Source of the DNA: Lepidodermella squamata
Taxonomy: Eukaryota; Animalia; Gastrotricha
DNA: 64,000 nt
Assembly: GCA_047495785.1 (NCBI GenBank)
Contig: JBLDXI010000013.1
Coordinates: 4,340,001-4,404,000, forward strand
Direction: 5' to 3'
Position numbers and translations under genes: made by a program. A model generated the notes under the pieces. The model was not told the DNA's origin, made no database searches, and saw nothing but the letters and a program-made list of their open reading frames with translations. Positions 36,301 through 48,392 of this stretch are shown here, piece by piece. Numbering within the stretch: position 1 is the stretch's first letter; each line of letters begins with the position of its first letter.

Positions 36301-38319
36301 GAAAAGCTCCTGCAATTTCACGGGTTCGGATGACAGCGCGACCACTTTGCTCGTGATATCATCATTCGCCATCATTTGGCGCAGCTGAGCCTCGAGATTG
36401 ACACGTTGTTGCCGCATTTCTTCAACTTTGCCAACTACGTATCGCACTCGATCGACGATTGTTCGGTCGCAGGCATCTAAAGCAAAGAAAGCACACAAAT
36501 ATCAACCAAAAATACATTTGAATCAAAATTTTGATTAGACCATTTCTTTGCGTATTGTTCAAGAGATTCTCATCTGGAATAATTTGAAAAATTCACTCAC
36601 CAACTGCTGCTTGGACACTGGGCAATGCACGCCTGACGTCGTCAATCGGCTTAGACATCAACTCGAAATAATCCCTCTGCAGTGCCATGGCTCGGTGCAG
36701 CTCAGTATTCGAAACAGTGGCCATTTCATGCGCAGTTTTCAGTCTGGAAAGCGGCTCGTTAACGGACGCAGCTTGGGCAACAACCGCCTCCGAAACGCCT
36801 TCAGCCTTGGTAACCTCGTCAATAATCGCCGCAATATCATCGATTTTGTCCATAAAATCATTCGACATGCTTGACAACTGCTTCATGAGCCCGATTAATT
36901 TCGCCGAAATTGTTTTATCAACACTGAGAGAGGCGCATAGTTCTATAAGTTCGGGTGGCAAATTGTCCAAATTTGTCGAGTCGAAAACTTGGAGATCAGG
37001 AGTGACGGCAGCTAGAAAATCGTCCAATTCCTTCGTTTTAACCTCAATTTGCGCTGTAATTTCACGCAAAATCTTCGCTTTGTCTTCACTGTAGACTGAG
37101 GCTGACGTTGTCACCGTAAGAGGGACAAGAGTAGAAAAAAGGTCAGGACCGGAAAGTTCCGGGTCGGTTAGATCGAAATTGATAGCTTTAACGAGACAAG
37201 CGCCTTTAACAGGCTCCAGGCTGTCGTAATTGGGCATGCGTTCATGGTAAATGTGCTCGTTGTCACGATTCGCGCCGTTGAATAGACCTTGAGCGACGTC
37301 GAGAGTGAAGGATAACGCATCTTTATAACCCCAATCCCGCTGAAAAAGACCATAGCTCGTGAAATTTTAACAATATTCTTTTCGATACTTACGTCCATAA
37401 TTTTGTGGCATTTCTCTAAACGCTGAACTGCAGCTTGGAAAACAGAAACAGCTTCGCCGTAACGCTGCGAGTCGTTAGACGATCGTCCACGCTCAATTAT
37501 GGCGATTGCCTCGTAATAAATTTGCAAAAACTGTAGGCGAGACGGTCGTAAAACCGGATTCACGCTGCTGCTGTAAAGCTTAGATCCATTGTATTGACTC
37601 ATCAGGCGATCACATTGCGCGTAATATTCCGAGATTTGAACTGCGATTTTAGCAACAGCAACCGAATTTCGGTGGTCGAGGAATGATTTTTCCAAAATAC
37701 ATTGTTGAGCTTGGGCAAGCATCAGCAATTGCAAGATTTGAAGGGCGTCATATGAAATCGGCGAGTTAGCAGCGCCGACAGTTTCGCTGATTGCCTGGAA
37801 ACACCAAGCCGCACATAAGTAATGCGTACAGGCAATTTTTAGACTGTCAGCTGTAGTTCGCTCCTCTTGAGCACCTAATGACGAGTACAACGCGCCGGTG
37901 TTGTAGAATACAACAGCCATTTCAAACTCAATTTCCGATGAGTTATATTTCTGTTTGGAGACAGGATTAGTCCACGTAAATTCAAGAGGAAAAGTTTCGT
38001 CAGGGCTTATGTTTTCTTGCTTGAAGCGCCCACGAAGAAAGTTCAGTTGGCATAGGTATTGTTTAAGTAACCCCGGCGAATTGATAGTCGTGACGGCATT
38101 TCGGCGCATCTCGTTCAGAGCTGTAACAGATCGAGCGAACTGCGAGAAATCCATTTCGTAGTAACGGGTAACCAACTATAAAATGTTTTATCGTCATTTC
38201 TTGCTCTGCTTCTTCACCGAAAACGGAAAACTTACCACTTCTAGAGCCTCCGAGAAGTCACACGGCTCGGATGCGTACGGAGTAATGACTGCCAACGGAA
38301 TTCTAGGGCAGCCTTCCAT
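30334..38319 (-). CDS. PTPN23: HD-PTP / tyrosine-protein phosphatase non-receptor type 23 (Bro1, V domain, low-complexity region, PTP-like domain)
   Basis: Exons 38319-38236, 38175-37393, 37339-36601, 36476-33232, 32906-32022 and 31134-30334 join in frame. N-terminus MEGCPRIP; Bro1 MLAQAQQCILEKS and DNEHIYHE; PTP LPYDFNRV, DYINAS, IAAQGP and HCSNGSGWTG. Confidence 0.93.
31540..31800. repeat. Dispersed intronic repeat family, copy in PTPN23 intron
   Basis: Extended similarity to 61290-61500 and to the reverse complement of 63110-63265. Confidence 0.8.
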
Positions 38320-38463
38320 GTTGTTTGCAAATAAATATTCAATATGACCTATAATTTCAAACAAATAGAGTGAATATAGGTACTAGGTACTAATAGGTAT
38401 CAAAACCTCCATCACAAAGTAGGCAAGCTTTGTGGATAGTTGCACAATTTCTATGGTTAGCCT

Positions 38464-38882
38464 TTTTCTGCCTTTAAATTAGGCAGAATTTTCCGCTATA
38501 GCTTTTTCTGCCTAAAATGGTAAGTAGGCGCTTGAATCGCGTAAAACCCCACAAAATGCCTTAAAAATTGAATTTTCTAGTCTGTCTTGCAATAATAACT
38601 AGCCTAAACAGCTCAACCCGTGAATAATTCAGCATTGGCGCCCATAATAAGGTGGTAACACGTAAAACGTAAAGCGTAGTACTTCGCCTGTCTTAGCACA
38701 GCATCTTATATCATTATCTTTCTATCTTTGATTTTTTTTAATTATAATACGTTTTTGAAAAATAAATGGATTAATACAATTAAAATGATCATTGGCATCG
38801 TTTCTGGGGCTTTCCGCTACATAGCGAAATTTTAGGCAGAAAAAGCTATAGCGGTAAATTCTGCCTAATTTTTGGCAGAAAA
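38464..38882. repeat. Inverted repeat (~55-bp arms) just upstream of PTPN23, MITE-like
   Basis: ttttctgcctttaaattaggcagaattttccgctatagctttttctgcctaaaat pairs with attttaggcagaaaaagctatagcggtaaattctgcctaatttttggcagaaaa. Confidence 0.75.
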
Positions 38883-39968
38883 CATTTTTCGATTTTCTAT
38901 CGGTATACAACGCTCTAGCCGATCTTGCTTGGAAGCGACGCTTCCAAAAGATGAATAGCTCAAGGGGTTTACGGCTGAAATGAATCAAGCCTAAAGCCAA
39001 AGGTTCCAGAAGGGTCGATGACCGTTGGCAGCAGCTCGGCAAAAATCCTAAGGGAAAGTTCGGGTCGCGATAAACCCGCCAAAATGATTCATTGTTTTTT
39101 GTGACGTTTATACAATTTAAAATCTTTAGTTATGTTTTTTATTTCTACATATTATTAAACTGATAAAAAATAAAAATTTTGATTTTTTGGCGCGCTTATT
39201 AGTGCCCGCGAGATCGGCTCAAAAGTTGCGATGAATGTCTCGTCCGCTGACATCCGGCCACCTCGTATCTCGTATCTCGTTTCCCCCATACGGAATCTCT
39301 GTTCGCGTTTCATTGGCCAATATGCTGGCTTTATTTTGTCGTTGTATTCAATTTTAATTCCAGACCTGCAAAATTAAACAAAACACGTCAGAAACTGCGT
39401 CAGTCATAAACGTGAGGCGTATCTAACCTTTGAACGAATGTTGAAATTTCAAATCCTGAACCCTGACGATGAAAGTTAGAGCGAAGACATTGGTGAGCGG
39501 AATGTAAAATTCAATGATTTATTCGAATAATTTATAATTTTTCCGCATGAACATTCGTCGCTCACTCGGGAAGTTCATATCTCAAATTCATAGGGTTGGA
39601 ATTTGAATCAAATACGATACAGGCTCTCGGCTAATTACAAAATGCAGACTATTACTCCGAGTGTTGCCTGGGTTTCATTTTACAAAAATTCTCACGTCAT
39701 CGAAAATTTTCCCATTTCCCATGAATAGGTTAACTCTGACTTGACTGCTGCCGCCAGAAGTTGAATTACAAATTAATCTCATGGCAATTTTCTTAAGCCA
39801 TTTCGATTAGTTTCTGATATTACTTTGCTGGTTGCTTTTACATTGCGCATTTCAAAGTTTATAAACTGCTCAAAGATTGAATTTTGAGACTTGAAAGTAT
39901 CAACTATGTTCATTTTTTAGAGGTATCAATCAAAATTGTTGCTTATTCAATAAAACTAAGCGATTGGC

Positions 39969-42345
39969 ATGGCAGCACTTTGCTATCGCTGTGCCTTTTG
40001 CGGGCGCGAGTTTTCCAACGCTCATGCTGCCATGTTCCTGGATCACATGCGAGCGTGTAGCAATGGCGGAGCTCCTCCTGCGAAAACCCAAGAATCTTCG
40101 TCGAGCTCCGATGAAGAAACCACAACTGCAACCGATAATTTTGCAATGGAAACCGACACTCGATCTGAATCGTCTAGCGTACCTCGTAAGCGTGGCAGGC
40201 CTTCTCGAGCTGAGATGATGCTACGTCAGCAGATGGAGATCCAGCGGAGGAATCAGCCAAAAGCTAAGCCGGTGACGGTATTCCTGAATCGTAGCCAGAC
40301 TAAACCGAAAGAACCTAAGCCTGTTAAAACACCTGCTGCGCCAAAAGTCGCCCTTTCTACTACTTCAACAAATCGAGGGCGCGGTTCAGCATCCCCTGAA
40401 CTCACCGATGCATTAATATCTCAACTAAAAGAGGAAATCCTCACGGGTTTGTTGCTGTTAATTGCTTTATTCCGGACTTCAACTCCATCTTAATTTAGGT
40501 GATCGCGTAAGCGTTGTTCGAATCGAAAATGATGCCGATACTGTTAGGTTGATTAATGAGTGTTCTTCATCCGGTTCTGCTAAACTACCAGCAAAGCATC
40601 TTCCTAAAACCTCTACTAACAAGCCGAAATTCAAAAACGTGAAAGGCTTTACACCCGGCCATGCCATCGCTCCAGTCAATTTACTATGCAAGTATTGCGG
40701 AGAAACAGGGTTCGAATCTGATGCCGAATTAACCGCTCACGTTCGATTTTGTCTGAACGACGGTAATTACGGCCAAGGTCGTCCTGGTCGGCGGCGTTGT
40801 CTCGACGAAAGTGACGAAGACTTTCGGCCGAGCAGTCGTGGCAAGACCAGCGAATTGAGTCGAGCACCCGACATACCTTCCGATCTTCAATTCTGCGAAT
40901 TTTGCCGTAAGAAATTCGAACATTGGTCGCGAATGAAGCGGCATTTATTACAAAATTGCGGCGAAAGGAGAAGAGCTCTTAAAGAAGGCCTTAAGCCCGA
41001 AAACGACCAGTTAACTTTTGTTGAAGAGGAGTTAAAAAAGAAAAAGGCACACCCGAAGGCTTACATGGCGCAATTAAGCAACGATCATTCGATTCTTGAC
41101 CAAAGTTCGACTTCACTCCATGCTAGTTCTGTCATCAATTGGGACTGCGAATACTGCCAATTCCGAGGCAGTGACAAGAACGAATTGATGGCTCATTTAC
41201 GCAAATGCGAACGGCGGCTTGAGTTGCTTGAGGAGGACGAATTATTAGCACATGAAGATCAATTGAATCGCGTGAAGAAAATGCCGAATTCTAAGGTGAA
41301 AGTCGGCGTTTCTGCGCCATCAGCCTCGCCCGTTAATGGACCTCAAGTTCCGACATCGAGTCGGAGAAGAGAGCGACCGAATAAAGTTCCGGATAACGTT
41401 ACAGTTTGCCACGGTTGCGATAAGTCTTTCCCTACTAATTACCAATTACGCTGCCACGTTCCGAAATGTCGAAAAATTCGTGAGAAGAACGAAACTCCGT
41501 CGAAGTTGGTCGAAAAACCGGAATTAGTTGAAGAATTATCAACTCCACGAGAAACACGGCAAAATTCGCAGATTAAAACGGAAGAAAAGCGGCGAAAAAT
41601 CGAGGTTAAATGCGACAGTTGTCCATCGATCTTCGATCCAGATCGCGGCCATCAATGCCTACCTCAACCTGTTGCATTAGAAGGGTATCAAGGCGAAGAT
41701 AATTTGTACCTGGATGACGGGGGCGACGATCCGGTTGATAGAGCGAAAAATCCGATGGATTTACTCGAGGAACTCGCTGGAATTTCGCCACTTGGTCAAG
41801 ACTTATTCGAAAAAGCGGTAACTGGTCAAAAATTAGAGCTGGGACCCCCTCCTGTTATTTTACCTCCCGGAGTTCATGTTGCCTCGGTTTACGACGCGAA
41901 TAACTGCGTTTTTCAGGTGCCTTACGATACGAGATTAGGCCCGCAGCAGGCGTTAGTTGGCGTTATTTCTACCCTGAATAAACAACGGTCGAAATCAGCG
42001 ATAAGCCCGGTAAAACCAGGCGCTCAGTTGCCGCGGCCGAAGAGTTCTACCCCAGAGCCGATTCGGCCAAAAGTTGCACCGAATTATTGTGAAGTTTCAG
42101 AATCTGATGACGATAATGTATCGATTTCGAGTGAAATTGCGGCGGCGATGGAGCCGGAAGATCCGAACGCGCCCCCTCTGCCGCTATTTCGCAAATTTTC
42201 TGCCGAAAAAACGTTGACGCAACTGGCGCCGAAAGATGCGAACGAAGACTTCATAGCGTCGGCCGACTGGATCAGGCGGCAAAATGCGGCAAGGCAAGCT
42301 AGCGGAGCGAGGCGCGTCAAGGCCTCGTCTCGGTATATCGAGTAA
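39969..42345 (+). CDS. Protein with ~6 dispersed C2HC zinc fingers and an AT-hook-like motif
   Basis: Exons 39969-40446 and 40499-42345 (52-nt intron). Fingers CAFC..HMRAC, CKYC..HVRFC, CEFC..HLLQNC, CEYC..HLRKC, CHGC..HVPKC and CDSC..HQC; RKRGRP. Confidence 0.85.
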
Positions 42346-42722
42346 TAATGCCATGCTTTCCCGATGATTGTTTGTTTGAGCCTACTCTTCATGTTGGAAT
42401 TTACGGTCCGGATTTTGCGAAAAAATTTCCAACATACACAAAATTATTTGAATAGAAATAGGAGAAAATGAAATATAATGCCATTTCCCTCGCTTAATTT
42501 GTTGAATTTTTCTTGAAAAATCCGGATTGTAATGAAACACTCGCTTGTTCTCTTATCTCTATCTCTAAAACTCGTCGTCTCCAATTTACATTCACACATC
42601 AATTTTTGTACATTTGAAATTAAAATTTCAAAGTTGGAATGAAAAAGAAAAAGGAAGAATCGATCAAAATAAAATGATAAAACTGCAAAATTTCTCGTTT
42701 TAGATTTTTTCACCTGTAAATA

Positions 42723-45700
42723 ATGAGTTGGTCGTTGAGTAATGCCGGCCAACCGCGTGACCTGTACATGGCGCCATCGTTCGACGACCTGCAAAAACTG
42801 ACCGAATTCCGATCGCCCTCAGTTGATAAAGTCGAGGGTACGTTGCTAGAACTTGAGAAACGCGCAAATATGGCGCGGTTAGACGGCGATCACGAGATGG
42901 CCTACATCTATCTGATGCGTTACGTAAAAATAGCGATGGATTTTCGGAAGCGCATCAAAATCGATGAGCCAAATCTGCGGAAAATGTTTGAATTGGCTGA
43001 AACACTGGACAATTCACTGCGAGAACGTTATAAAATCAAAAATTCTTCTCCGCCCGTGGTTGAAACTGCGATAATCGAGGAGAAGATCGAAAAACCACCT
43101 GTTGAATCGAAAATTCCTGAAAACAATAAGGAAAATCAGAAGAAATCGAACGAATTATGGATTGATACGAAATCTTTGTATCAATTGATGAAATCGGGGC
43201 GAAATGTTGAAAATCTGTTGATTATCGATTGCCGGTCGAGTGAAGACTACGAATCGGGTCACATTGATTTCCCGGGTATTTTGAATGTCCCTTGTGATTG
43301 GCTGAAGCCTGGCACGGCGTGTGCGACTATCGACCGGGCTCTTTTAGCTCTCGACAAGCGTGGTCATTTGTTTTCGAAGAGGAAAATTGCGAAAAATGTG
43401 GTTCTTGTTGACTGGGAGACGGGCGAAGATGGAAGGCCACTGCCGGATTTGAAATCGCCGATATACTGCTTGTTTTTGGCGCTGACTCGGTGGAATGACG
43501 AGCCATTGCCGGGCGAGTTGAAGCTGCTGAGGAAGGGATACAACGATTTTTTGCTCAGATATCCCCAACTAACATCTAGTCGCAATAAGGTGAGTCGTAT
43601 TTTTCAGAATTATTGAAAAATGATATCGGGCGGCAAAGATTCAATCCGATTTGTATCTTGAAAAGGAGGCAAAAATCATTATTTCCTATTTCAATTTCCA
43701 AGGTAGATTTTGCTAATATCATCCAATATTTTAGGATGCAATTAAAGCTGTCAATCAAAAGCTGCAAAATCAAGCCGAGGAAATATTCCGTCGGCCGCTC
43801 GAACAGCGCACTGACTATCCAGACCTGGACGAGATCATGGGTATTAAACCCAAACCGGCGCCTGGGGTCCCGCAGAGACCGCCGAAACCCGCGCAAAATC
43901 TGCCGAGATCGGCGGAAAATAGCAGCAATAATCAGCTGCCTGTTTCATCTCCACTATCCCAAATGTCGATTCCAGCGGTTGATAGATCGAAAAAGCCGAG
44001 TGTTTTAGCTCAAGCTAATCGTATTTTACAGCCTCAAGTCCCAACTCAACAAAATAGTAACTTAAATCCAGTATTGACAACAACTACTACCACGCCAGAA
44101 CCACTAGTTGTAACTAAACCGAAAGAAATGGACTCAGAAGTATCGGATATGATAGATTTGAAGGCTAAAGATGCGTTAAAGGCAGAACTTCGCGAGTTGG
44201 ATGAGAGGAAGAAGCAGCAATTGAAGGAATTAGCCGATATTATGAGGCAAAGGCGTAATATTGAAAAAACCGCTGAGCCACCTAAAGATTCAACGCCGAA
44301 ATTGATTGAAATAAACGAGGAAAAGCCGGCGAAAATCGAGGTTGCGCCAAAGCCTGAACCTCGAGTGCGAGCTAGGTCGGTTTCGCCGAAGAATGACCGC
44401 AAAGTTCATTTCGAAAAACCGCAGCCTAACGTTGATCGGACAAAAAAGCCAGTTGTAAGTGAACAACCAGTGGCACCAACAATAGCTAGCGTAGTTACGA
44501 ATGAGAGTACGAATAATTTGACGAAAATTCCAGCGATTCCACCGAAACCACCTGTTGAGCGAAAATCTAGCTTCCCACCACCTGTTGCTCAGTTGGTTCA
44601 ACTGTCGTTCGTCGACGATTCGGCTGATCCAACGCCGCTTCAGCCTATATTCGGGCCAACTCCTAGTGGAACGGCCGGGTTGAGAAACATGGGCAATACT
44701 TGCTTCCTAGCGTCGATTGTGCAATGCCTTGCTGCGTCTCCGGCGTTTTCTGACTACTACATATTTTCAGCTTATAAAGCTCAGGTCTGTGATTCTTATT
44801 TTTCAAGAGCGATTTCCTTTATTTGAATGAGTTGAGATGGGTCTTACTTTCAGCCGAATATTAAAAATGTGGGGACTTCATGATTTAAAAAATTGAAAAA
44901 ATGTCAATATAATGTTGGAAAATTCGTTCTAATTTTAATCTATTCAATTTGTTAGGTTCAGCGCCGTCAGAAAATGCTGCTTTCTACGCCCGGTTTCGAC
45001 CCAGCCAAATACCGAGAACCGCTGGCCACAATCGAAATGGCGCGGCTTCTCAAAGGCATGCTATCCGCCCAATACCGGTCGTTAGCTCCCCGCGATCTAA
45101 AAGCCGTGATCGGGTCGAAAAATTCGACATTCGCGACTTATAAACAGCAAGATGCGCAAGAATTTCTAGCCGAATTGCTAGACACTCTGCATGAAGAACT
45201 GAATTGCGGCATGAAATCGCTGTCTAAAGCCGACGATGCAGAACCGACGGAGATGGACGCGGCTTGGGAGTTGCATCGAAAATTGCAGAGTTCAATACTC
45301 GTCGACCTGTTCCACGGCCTGCTCAGGTCGACTGTCACGTGCCTAGGGTGCCAGAAATCTTTCCCGAAATTCGATGCATTCGTGTATTTGACGCTGCCTG
45401 TGCCGACCGGTGGCAGGAATAGCCATCAGAAATTGACGATTCACGACTGCCTAGCGAGTTACGTCTATCCGGAATTCATCGATGGGTGGCGGTGTTCAAA
45501 CTGGTAATTTAATTTTTGTAAAATTCAAGTGAGAGTATTCACCAAAATTTGGTTTCAACGGATTAAACCATTTTTACGAATCTCCTCGGTAGTTTGGCAC
45601 AGGGCATACCTAGGGCCCTTTTCAATTATCTCTATCGCCGATACAAGGATGTCTTTGAGATCGGATTTTTTCGCGCTATATTAGTCAAATTAAACAACCT

Positions 45701-47573
45701 CCATTACATCGCCTGGTAGTTTTAAAACGATGTGAGGGAGTTACATGAGATTTTCAACTCAGAACATGAGAAGTCACTTTCGCAGTCATTATTAAATCTC
45801 TACTGGCGCATGTAACGGTTATCTTTAGCGCGAGTGGCTTTTTCGCTCCATCATCGGCCGGAAACTCTTCAAGGAGTGCATTGGTAAAATTAGCATAGCT
45901 CAAGTCGACGCCATCCATCTTGAAGGGAAAAATTAGCGCGGTTGTGTACTCTTTTTCCCGATAATTTACCACACCTGGCAAGGTGGACTTGGTCATTAAG
46001 TTTTCCTAGGCAGTAGGCAATACATAAATAATAGGATTTATTGGGTGAGACCTCATTGGGCCAGATCGGATTTCAGTCAGAATAATATTGCAGATGGAAA
46101 GTTGCTCTTTTTCTGCGGCTGGGTCAGCAACCAATCTTCGAGCGACCAACAATTCGGCGGTCATTGGACCCCATGTTTCCGGGCCCTCAGCAGCTTTCTG
46201 TCCGAGGTAGCGGTCTACCGTCTTCTCAATTCGTTTCCCCCCAGCCTCTTCCGTTCCCACTTGACGAAAACTGTCGTAGACTGTAACTTTGAGATCGCCA
46301 TATTCGGCATTTTCCGGCTAGAGAGCGAAGGAAAAAGTCACGTCGTTGACAGGGCATTTTAAATAGCCCACATATTGGAAGATTTCTCGTTGATGAAGCA
46401 ACGGTTAATGATAGGCTGTACGTTTGGCATTCTTTCGCAATATTTATCAATCAACGCCCTCCACGCCTACCACGTCGAGCACGACTTGCTCGGCCAGCAG
46501 CACGACTGCGCTTCGCAACGCGACCAGAATTGCCTCATGATTGATTTTTCATGCTTGCGTTCATGTTTAACGTGCAGGTGACCGTAACTTCCATGCCTGT
46601 AGTAGACGGTATTTTTCAGCCCTTTAAACGAATAAAACAAAGGAAGTTCGAGGCTTCTGATGTCGCGGTCAATAGCTTCGAAGACATAGTCCGATATCAT
46701 CGGGGCTTCATCTCAAATGAGAAGTGAAGTCTGTAGTATAGTGTCGTTTCTTTTTCTTGTCAAAAGGTGCGCATAGGAAAATTTGCTCGCGAAAGAGCTA
46801 CGTAGAACATACCTCATACTATGCTAACATTTCATATAAACGCTTCAATTTCTCATTCCACGCTTTCGCTTTTGAGCTTCTGAGAATTGACGCATTCGCT
46901 CGAGATCACGTTACGAAGCCTGTTGGTCCACGGAAACGTTGATTTCGCAACGGGGCGAAAAAAGTTAGCCGGAACGAAATTATAACCATACTTCAACTCG
47001 TGTCCCGATCGGAGCCCGAGTGATCCGATGAGGGCAATGATTCCGTGGGAAAGCTTTTATTTCTTGGTTATCACATAAAAAGATTCTGATTATTAATTCA
47101 TAATTAATGCAAGATGAAATTTGTAGCTCATTTTGCTGTTCTCTAATTTTAGCAAACGGCCAAGCCGCGTGACGAAAAAACTCGACATCGTAAAACCGCC
47201 GCCGCTACTCATCGTTCATCTAAATCGATTCGCATGGTCGGGCGAATGGCGGGCGAAAATCACGGACCCGGTTCATTTCGAAATCGAAAACTTCCGACTC
47301 GGCTCTCGATCGTACTCACTATTCGCGATTTGCAATCACTTTGGAACGCTTGAAGCTGGCCATTACACAGCTACGACACGCCCGGCTGCCTCGCTTTCAC
47401 GTCATGGCTCGACTTTTTTCAAATACGACGATGCCGAGGTGTCATCGGTATCGGCTCATTCGCTAGTGGCCGATGAACGGCACTCGAGTTCGGCCTATTT
47501 GTTATTTTACGCCGCGAACGACATCGACTGGTCGCAGTATCGCAACAGCATGATGCGCCAGTCAAAATTATGA
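42723..47573 (+). CDS. USP8: Ubiquitin C-terminal hydrolase 8 (MIT, rhodanese, USP domains)
   Basis: Exons 42723-43589, 43735-44784, 44956-45503 and 47153-47573. Motifs GDHEMAYIYLMRY, LLIIDCRSSEDYESGHI, Cys box GLRNMGNTCF, QQDAQEFL, His box NHFGTLEAGHYTA and KYDD. Confidence 0.93.
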
Positions 47574-48392
47574 GAAATTTTCAACTAAATGAGAAATATT
47601 TTTTTGTTCCAGTGTCTTTCTTTTTATGTGTCATTCTGGTTATAATCTAGAAAATTCGGAAAAATATCGCACGAGGAAACGTTCCATGAAAATTTTGGTG
47701 TCTCATCGGTTTTTTTACCTATGTTATTTCTTGCGCTGAATAAAATGCTTCATGCTTGTCGACAAATTTTGCGTGCATTGAAATTAATCACTCGGATCAA
47801 AGATATGATTATATTATGCGAATAAACTCGAAATTTTTGGCTACAATGAAGGATTTTTGTAACTTGACTAAAATTTGAGCTTTTATTTTAGGCAATAGTG
47901 TTAAATTGAAATTTCAAGGATCGCGTCGAGAATGTTTCCTGACTCAAGGTCGAGATTTCGACAATTTAAGTTTTTACCTGTTTTCCAAGGTTTTTCAATT
48001 CCTGCCTTTTCTTCGTGAAATTCATTTTCTTTATAAGTATCGATTATTCTTCCATAAGGATTTGTGCGATCCGAATAATATAATTTTGAGTCAAAAGTTT
48101 CGACCGAATCCTGACCCTGTTACTGAGAATTTCGAGTTCAATTTCGGACTTCACGTTTGCCTTTTATCGATATTTTCACATTTGGCTAGTTTTTTGGCCC
48201 TTTATCAGTTAATTAAACTTAATCGACATAGAAACAGCCAGAATCTAGAATAATTTTCACACCATCTGTTGTCAACAAAATTAGTTTAAATTAGTTTTTT
48301 AGGGCGTATCTTTATAGCATTTTACTTGTTGTTTTCTAGGCTATTTTTCAAACAATAGTCTTTGACGCATTTCCGTAAATTCAGCCTATTGC

